Positions 55,049 to 64,000 of a stretch of DNA of 64,000 nucleotides are shown piece by piece. The stretch is from the human T2T-CHM13v2.0 reference genome, Homo sapiens. The notes under the pieces were generated by a model. It saw nothing but the letters and a program-made list of their open reading frames with translations. It had not been told where the DNA came from and searched no databases. The stretch lies in assembly GCF_009914755.1 (NCBI RefSeq), contig NC_060931.1; one strand, written 5' to 3'. Position numbers and translations under genes: made by a program. Each line of letters begins with the position of its first letter. Positions within the stretch are counted from its first letter, which is position 1.

Positions 55049-56431
55049 TCACTCCGCATCTTGAAGGCTCTGTTATCATGAGTTCTGCCCAATGATTCTA
55101 CCTCAGGAGATGCTGCATTTCAAGACTTATGAACTTCTTCTGGCACCAAGGTGTGTTCTTGGCCCCTGGACCTCGGCCCTTCTGACTCCAGTGATGCTCT
55201 CTACAAGTCGAGTCCTCTGGGATCCTGGAAGCCATATTGGAATAAAACTCTCACGTCTGGAACCAGTTTCTGGAAAACATCAAGAAAGGCAACACACGCT
55301 CTATCTCCTGTCTCTCTCTCCCTCTCTCTCTCTCTCTAACACTTAAGGAAATTAAAAAGAACCCATCAGCACATTGGCACATCACACTCCACAAAGGAAA
55401 ATATTTGAATTTTTTCCATCTATTTTCCTCTCTGGTTCTTTATGCATCTCGAGGAGAAAAAAGGTAGAGCTTACATTTTATGTCAACACAAAAGGCCTCC
55501 GTTTGTGTGCATTACTTATTAAAGTATTCAGTGATTCAATGTCAAGGTATGTATTATACATACTTTTTTTTTCTAGGCCATTATTAGCTTTCTTACAACA
55601 CTATTATTCTTCAGCCCAGCTAATGCTTCTGTCAAAGATTTAGCAACAAGCATGGAAAATGTCAAACAGTAGGGAAGAAACCTAGCTGTTTCCACAACTA
55701 CACAAAAAGCCATGTTGTCTTTTATGGAAAAGCCACATAATTCCGTGAAGAACGCCAGTGGATGTTTTATCAGGGGACAGAGTCATGGGACGGTGTATTT
55801 GTTTTCCTCTGCACACCTGAGTCCATCTCCTCTGAATAAGTTTCCTTTCTTCTCTTGCCAATACACTTAATAAAACAGGGCCTACGTCGTTATCATCTCA
55901 CCCTCTCCCCAGGAGGTACCCAGCTTAGAATGCGACAGAAATCAGCCAAGAGAGTCAGTCTTGTTCTGTCTGCAGAGTAGTGTGATAAGATTTAAGGAGC
56001 ACTAAAAGGTTCCTCTGGAGAAAAATATTTTCCCAACCTGCTTACCAGGGTGCCTGAAATTACAACCCTTCTGCTTTAAGGCATTGAAAGCCTCCATTAA
56101 AATGCAAATATGTTAGGTGAGTTGTTTTATCAAACTATCACATCTTAGCTTGAATTAGTTTATGGCTTAATCCAAAATCCTGAAGTGACAGGGACACAGG
56201 GCCGTTAAGTTTGGATGTGAGCAAAGATCATACAAAGATTTAGGGTTTAAAAATACATTGCCTAAGGTGCAGATCCAGGTAATAGAACAGAATAGAATAG
56301 TCTAACAGCACCAAGAATGAGGTCCAGAGTTCACATGCACAGACAGAGACGCTCCACCCTCCTGGCAGAGCAACAGGCGAGTCCATGTCATTGAGAAGTT
56401 GTCATTCTTACCTTTCAAAGATAAATTTTAA

Positions 56432-56750
56432 GGCCAGGCACTGTGGCTCACACCTGTAATTCTAACAATTTGGGAAGCCAAGCTGGGAGGATCATTTGGG
56501 GCCAGGAGTTTGAGACCAGCCTGGGCAACATAGCAAAACCTCATCTCTACAAAAAAAATTTTTTTCATTAGCAGAGCGTGGTGGCGTGCGTTTGTGGTCC
56601 CAGCTATTGGGAAGGCTGAGGTGGGGTAGGAGAATTGCTTGAGCCCAGGAGGTTGAGACTGCAGTGAGCTATGATGGCGCCACTGTACTCCAGCCTGGGT
56701 GACAGAGTGAGATCCTGTACCTTAAAAAAAAATAAAATAAAAAAAAAAAA
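56432..56750 (+). mobile_element. AluJ
   Basis: TSD AAAGATAAATT. Confidence 0.88.
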
Positions 56751-56929
56751 GATAAATTATAAGAAGCATCAGTGCACAAATGCCTTCTGTTCTTCCCACT
56801 TGAATCCACATCCTCAGTTGGGTTTATTTACCATTTCTTCCCTGCGTAAGCCTTCCATGGACTCTTCCCCACTCTCTCTCCAGCAGTTTCGGAGGCAGTA
56901 TAGATCCTGTGGTCGACACGACCATCTTC

Positions 56930-57610
<681 letters not shown>

Positions 57611-58119
57611 TCCATTTCCCATAAATAGCACCTCAAGAAATCTCACCAGGCCCGCTCTACTACCATACACTCATCATTCAGCAAATATTCACCAAGCTCC
57701 TACTATGTGCCTGATAGTAGCATAGATCCCAGAATTTCGTGCTAACAGTAAAGATAAAGTCCTTGGAATCATGAAGGTTACAACCTAGTCAAGGAAGAAA
57801 GATTATAAATAAGTTTTTGTTTTGTTTTATTTTAAGACAGAGTCTCACTCTGTCGCCCAGGCTAGAATTCAGTGGCACAGTCCAGTGGCTCAGTGTAAGG
57901 ACTGAGAGTAAACTGTGGGCTCAAATCCAAGCTCCTCCACCTTCCAGCTGTATCCCAGCACACAATACTTAACCTTTTTTGTGCCCCAATGTGTTCATCT
58001 GTAAAATTAGGACATTAATAAGACCAACCTTATAAGGCTATTGTGAAAATCAAATGAATTGGTAAAAGGGACGCTGAAGAGTACCTAGCACACAGTAAAA
58101 CTCTCCTTATCCAATGTTG

Positions 58120-58121
<2 letters not shown>

Positions 58122-58150
<29 letters not shown>

Positions 58151-58747
58151 TTGAGACAGAGTTTCACTCTTATTGCCCAGGCTGGAGTGCAATGGCACAA
58201 TCTCGGCTCACCGCAACCTCTGACTTGTGGGTTCAAGCAATTCTCCTGCCCCAGCCTCCCAAGTAGCTGGGATTACAGGCATGTGCCATCACGCCCAGCT
58301 AATTTTGTATTTTTAGTAGAGAAAGAGTTACTCCATGTTAGTCAGGCTGGTCTCAAACGCCCGACCTCAGGTCACCTGCCCGCCTTGGCCTCCCAAAGTG
58401 CTGGGATTACAGGCATAAGCCACCGCACCAGGCCCCAGTGTTGTTATTTTTGTTTGTTTGTTTTGAGACGCAGTCTCACACTGATGCTCAGGCTGGAGTG
58501 CAGTGGTGAAATCTCAGCTCACTGCAACCTCCACCTCCTGGGCTGAAGTGATTCTCTCACCTCAGCCTCCCAAGTAGCTGGGACCACAGGTATGCACCAC
58601 CACACCTGGCTAATTTTTTGTGTCTTTAGTAGAGACAGGGTTTCACCATATTGCCCAGGCTGTTCTTGAACTCTGGAGCTCAAGCGATCTGCCCACCTCA
58701 GCCTCCCAAAGTGCTGGTATTACAGGCGTGAGCCACCACTCCTGGCC
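58122..58747 (-). mobile_element. AluSp (58122-58434) and AluJb (58447-58747)
   Basis: CTCACCGCAACC and CTCTTATTGCC (Sp); shared TSD-like CCARTGTT. Confidence 0.88.
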
Positions 58748-59261
58748 CCAATGTTATTTTATTATCATCTTTCTGCATTACTCAGATTGAATCTCACTCC
58801 CTCCTCAAGTCTCCCACCTCATCCCAGCCTTCATTTATCTCCTTTTCCTAACTCATTTTATACTTGCTATTCATAACACATAATCCACATCTTACAACAT
58901 GCTGCCCTGTTCTCTAATTGTTGGAATCACTCAATTTGGCACTTGGATCTATGGTAATTACTGTATGCTAATATGTAAAATCACACTTTGCCCTAATTCT
59001 TCATGTATGTGCCTTAGCTCTTCTCTCCAACTGTACTGACTTTCCCACAAATCAATCGTATACTTCTCTCACACCTTCACGATAGAGAGCGCAATGCTAA
59101 ATACAAAATGGGGGTTTGCTACGTACAGATGCTCCTTGGCTTACAGTGAAGTTACACCCCAATACACCCATCATAAGTTGAAAATATCATGAGCCGAAAT
59201 GCACTTAATACACCTAAGCTACCGAACATCATAGTTTAGCAGAGTCTTACCTTAAACGTGC

Positions 59262-60500
<1,239 letters not shown>

Positions 60501-60587
60501 ATCACAATCTGGAGTATGGTTTCTACTGAATGCATATTGTTTTTGCACCATCGTAAACTTGAAAAATTGTAAATCTTACCATCCTAA

Positions 60588-61970
60588 TGAGAGGTGACAG
60601 CGTGCTGGCAGTCCTCACATCCCTCGCTCGCTCTCAGCGCCTCCTCTGCCTGGGCTCTTATTTTGGTGGCACTTGAGGAGCCCTTCAGCCCACCGCTGCA
60701 CGGTGGGAGCCCCTTTCTGGGCTGGCCAAGGCCGGAGCCCACTCCCTCAGCTTGCGGGGAGGTGTGGAGGGAGAGGCGCGAGAGGGAACCGGGGCTGCGC
60801 GCGGCTCTTGCGGGCCAGCTGGAGTTCCGGGTGGGCGTGGGCTTGGCGGGCCGCACTCAGAGCAGCCGGCCGGCCCTGCTGGCCTCGGGCAATGAGGGGC
60901 TTAGCACCCGGGCCAGTGGCTGCGGAGGGTGTACTGGGTCCCCCAGCAGTGCTAGCCCACCGGCGCTGCGCTCAATTTCTCGCCAGGCCTTAGCTGCCTT
61001 CCCGCAGGGCAGGCCTCGGGACTGCAGCCTGCCATGCCTGAGCCTTACCCCGCCTCCATGGGCTCCTGCGCAGCCTGAGCCTCCCCGACGAGCGCCGCCC
61101 CCTGCTCCACGGCGTCCAGTCCCATCCACCAACCAAGGGCTGAGGAGTGCGACCGCATGGCGCGGGACTGGCAGGCAGCTCCACCTGCAGCCCCGGTGCG
61201 GGATCCACTCGGTGAAACCAGCTGGGCTCCCGCGTCTGGTGGGGCCTCGGAGAACCTTTATGTCTAGCTCAGGGATTGTAAACACACCAATCAGCACCCT
61301 GTGTTTAGCTCGGGGGTTTGTGAGTGCACCAATCGACACTCTGTATCTAGCTGCTCTGGTGGGACCTTGGAGAACCTTTGTGTGGATACTCTGTACCTAA
61401 CTAATCTGATGGGGACGTGGAGAACCTTTGTATCTAGCTCAGGGATTGTAAAGGCACCAATCAGCGCCCTGTCAAAACAGACCACTCGGCTCTACCAATC
61501 AGCAGGATGTGGGTGGGGCCAGATAAGAGATTAAAAGCAGGCTGCCCCAGCCAGCAGTAGCAACCTGCTGGTGTCCTTTTCCACAGTGTGGGGACTTTGT
61601 TCTTTTGCTCTTTGCAATAAATCTTGCTACTGCTCAGTCTTTGGGTCCACACTGCTTTTATGAGCTGTAACACTCACTGCCAAGGTCTGCAGCTTCACTC
61701 CTGAAGCCAGCGACACCAGGAGCCCACCAGGAGGAACGAACAACTCCAGACGCGCTGCCTTAACAGCTGTAACATTCACCGCGAAGATCTGCAGCTTCAC
61801 TCCTGAGCCAGCGAGACTACGAACCCACCAGAAGAAACTCCGAACACATCCGAACATCAGAAGAAACAAACTCCAGACGCGCCACCTTAAGAGCTGTAAC
61901 ACTCACCGCGAGAGTCCGCGGCTTTATTCTTGAAGTCAGTGAGACCAAGAACCCACCAATTCTGGACACA
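60588..61970 (+). mobile_element. LTR12C (ERV9) solo LTR
   Basis: Starts TGAGAGGTGACAGCGTGCTGGCAGTCCTC and ends CCCACCAATTCTGGACACA; GC-rich U3, CCAATCAGC repeats, U5 repeats; TSD CTAA/CCAA. Confidence 0.95.
61255..61560 (+). promoter_or_regulatory. LTR12C enhancer repeats and core promoter (NF-Y, GC-box, GATA, TATA-like)
   Basis: CCAAT at 61287, 61329, 61457 and 61495; GGGTGGGG 61511; AGATAA 61521; ATTAAAA 61530; poly(A) signal AATAAA 61616. Confidence 0.7.
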
Positions 61971-62748
61971 CCAAGTTGACATTGCAAGTCAGAGACCCTC
62001 TGTACTTGGGTATTAAAACAGGGCCTTTTGTTTGGAGAACTCCAGAAATCCTCTGCTTTGGAAAACCAAGTGGAAGTGGGGGGGTGAATGTTTCAGACAT
62101 GGAATTCACTTACATAAATCTCCAAGTAAGCCAAGCAATCTCTGGGCAGGGCCCATGCTATCCTGGGGAGAATACTGTCATGCATTTTTTTCTTAAAGGT
62201 CTCAAAAATCCTTCCAAGAGATAGTCTGACTCATTCAAGACTGAAAACCACAACTTGAGCAGGCGCCTGAGACCTCCTGGAGTGAGGAGAGAGATTGCTG
62301 GCCCTCAAAGCAAGTGAAGCTCTTCCTGAAAATTAGCCCAGGGCTTCTGCAGCTATAGGAAAACAAATGCTAAGCAGAAATCGTGAGCCTGTTGACAGCC
62401 ACCCTGACCTGAACCCACTCCATGGCTTTGGAGGCCACATAAGCTGGAGAAACAGCCACGCACAGTGCCACGGAGAACTTCTGCAATGGAGAATGGTACA
62501 GTTTGCCCATTCTACAGCCCCTCTGCGCACGCTTTTAACATGGTTCATGCTGCAGAGAGGCAATGTGGAATCAGGATCGACAGCCTCAAATCTGCGGCCA
62601 AAGTGTCAGAATCCAAACCACAGCTCTGCCACTCACCCTCTGCATGGCTGTGAGTTACACTAACCTTTCTCTGCCTCAATTTCTTCATCTGGAAAGTGGT
62701 TATTATAGTTGTCCCCAATGCTTATGGTTTCTATTAGGGTTAAGAATT

Positions 62749-63055
62749 GTTTTTTTTCTTTTTTGAGACAGGGTCTCACTCTGTTGCCCCAGCTGGAATG
62801 CAGTGGCATGATCTTGGCTCACTGCAACCTCCACCTCCTGGGTGCAACAATTCTTGTGCCTCAGCCTTCTGAGTAGCTGGGAATACAGGCATGCACTGCC
62901 ATGCCTGGCTAACTTTTTTGTATTTTTAGTAGAGTAGTAGAGACAGGATTTCATCATGTTGGCCAGGCTAGTCTCAAACTCCTGGCCTCAAGTGATCTGC
63001 CCGCTTCAGCCTTCCAAAGTGCTGGGATGACAGACGTGAGCCACCGTGCCCTGCC
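62749..63055 (-). mobile_element. AluSz/Sx
   Basis: TSD GG.TTAAGAATT. Confidence 0.9.
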
Positions 63056-63327
63056 AGGATTAAGAATTTTGAAATTTTTACAGTGTTCAGGACAGTACCT
63101 GGCTGTCAGCATTATGTAGTGTTTGTTGAATTTTTATTTATTGTATTTATTCACAGGTGCATTTGTGTGTGTTTGTGTGTGTGTGTGCATGTGTGTATGT
63201 ACGAACTCTGAGCATTTCCCAGGAAAATGCATTTCCTAGAAATTTCTAGGAACTCAGAAAATAAAGATGAATGAGATACAGCCTTTTCTTTTGAAGAACT
63301 CAAAGTCTATTTTAATACACAGACTAG

Positions 63328-63630
<303 letters not shown>

Positions 63631-63789
63631 AACTGGTTTTTAACAGCTCTAGTAGAGACATTGGTAAAGTGCTGGGAGAAAATCCAGGAGGGGGCAAGTA
63701 ACTCCATCCAGGGGTAACAGGAATGGCTACACAGAGCTCCCATCTGCAATTGAGCAGAATTCAAGGTGTAAGAGGAGTTTCCTTATAAT

Positions 63790-63979
63790 AGTGACTCCTC
63801 AACCTTCCCTTGAATTTAAATCTTCTAGGGGGCTTTTTTAAAACCCAGATTCCCAAGCCCCAGGCCAAAAGTTCTGATTCAGTAGGTCTGGGTAGGACCC
63901 GAGAATTTGCCTTTCTAACAGGTTCCCACGTGATGATGTTGCTGATGCTGGTCCAGGGATCCCATTGTGAGAACTGCTG
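63790..63979. mobile_element. MER5A (hAT-Charlie MITE)
   Basis: TTCTGATTCAGTAGGTCTGGG..GAGAATTTGC.TTTCTAACA.GTTCCCA.GTGATG..GCTGGTCC..TGAGAAC. Confidence 0.85.
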
Positions 63980-64000
63980 CCTTACACAGGACCCAGAGAA

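Noticed and set aside
60594-61400. 268-aa ORF and CpG-island-like region as a gene or housekeeping promoter
   Set aside because: Lies wholly within the GC-rich U3 of LTR12C, where long stop-free frames are expected.

Overview
This is primate (human/ape-like) nuclear DNA that appears intergenic or intronic. I recognise no intact protein-coding gene; nearly all ORFs in the track come from Alu, L1, LTR or low-complexity sequence. The window opens inside an old nuclear copy of mitochondrial DNA (NUMT, 1-1580, minus orientation). It contains the 3' part of ND2, the tRNA W-A-N-(OL)-C-Y cluster and the 5' part of COX1, all pseudogenised. The rest is dense transposon sequence: about 70 Alu copies or fragments, five or more L1 3' ends, Tigger1 and Tigger5/MER47 DNA transposons, MaLR LTRs (THE1C, MST, MLT1), ERV1 solo LTRs (MER4A1, LTR26, LTR12C), and MIR/L2. 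I found no evidence for a new multi-gene system. The best second-look items are: (1) a 173-bp, 98%-identical inverted duplication flanking 1.6 kb (25806-27749), a candidate inversion or fold-back locus; (2) the NUMT retains ancestral COX1 residues that human mtDNA has lost; (3) a long, fragmented CR1/L3-like ORF2 fossil (1726-4310); (4) a twin-primed L1PA3-like insertion and an L1 with a short 3' transduction; (5) a J/Y chimeric Alu; (6) an LTR12C solo LTR nested in a Tigger5 element. Subfamily names come from remembered consensus diagnostics, not a database search, and repeat edges are approximate.
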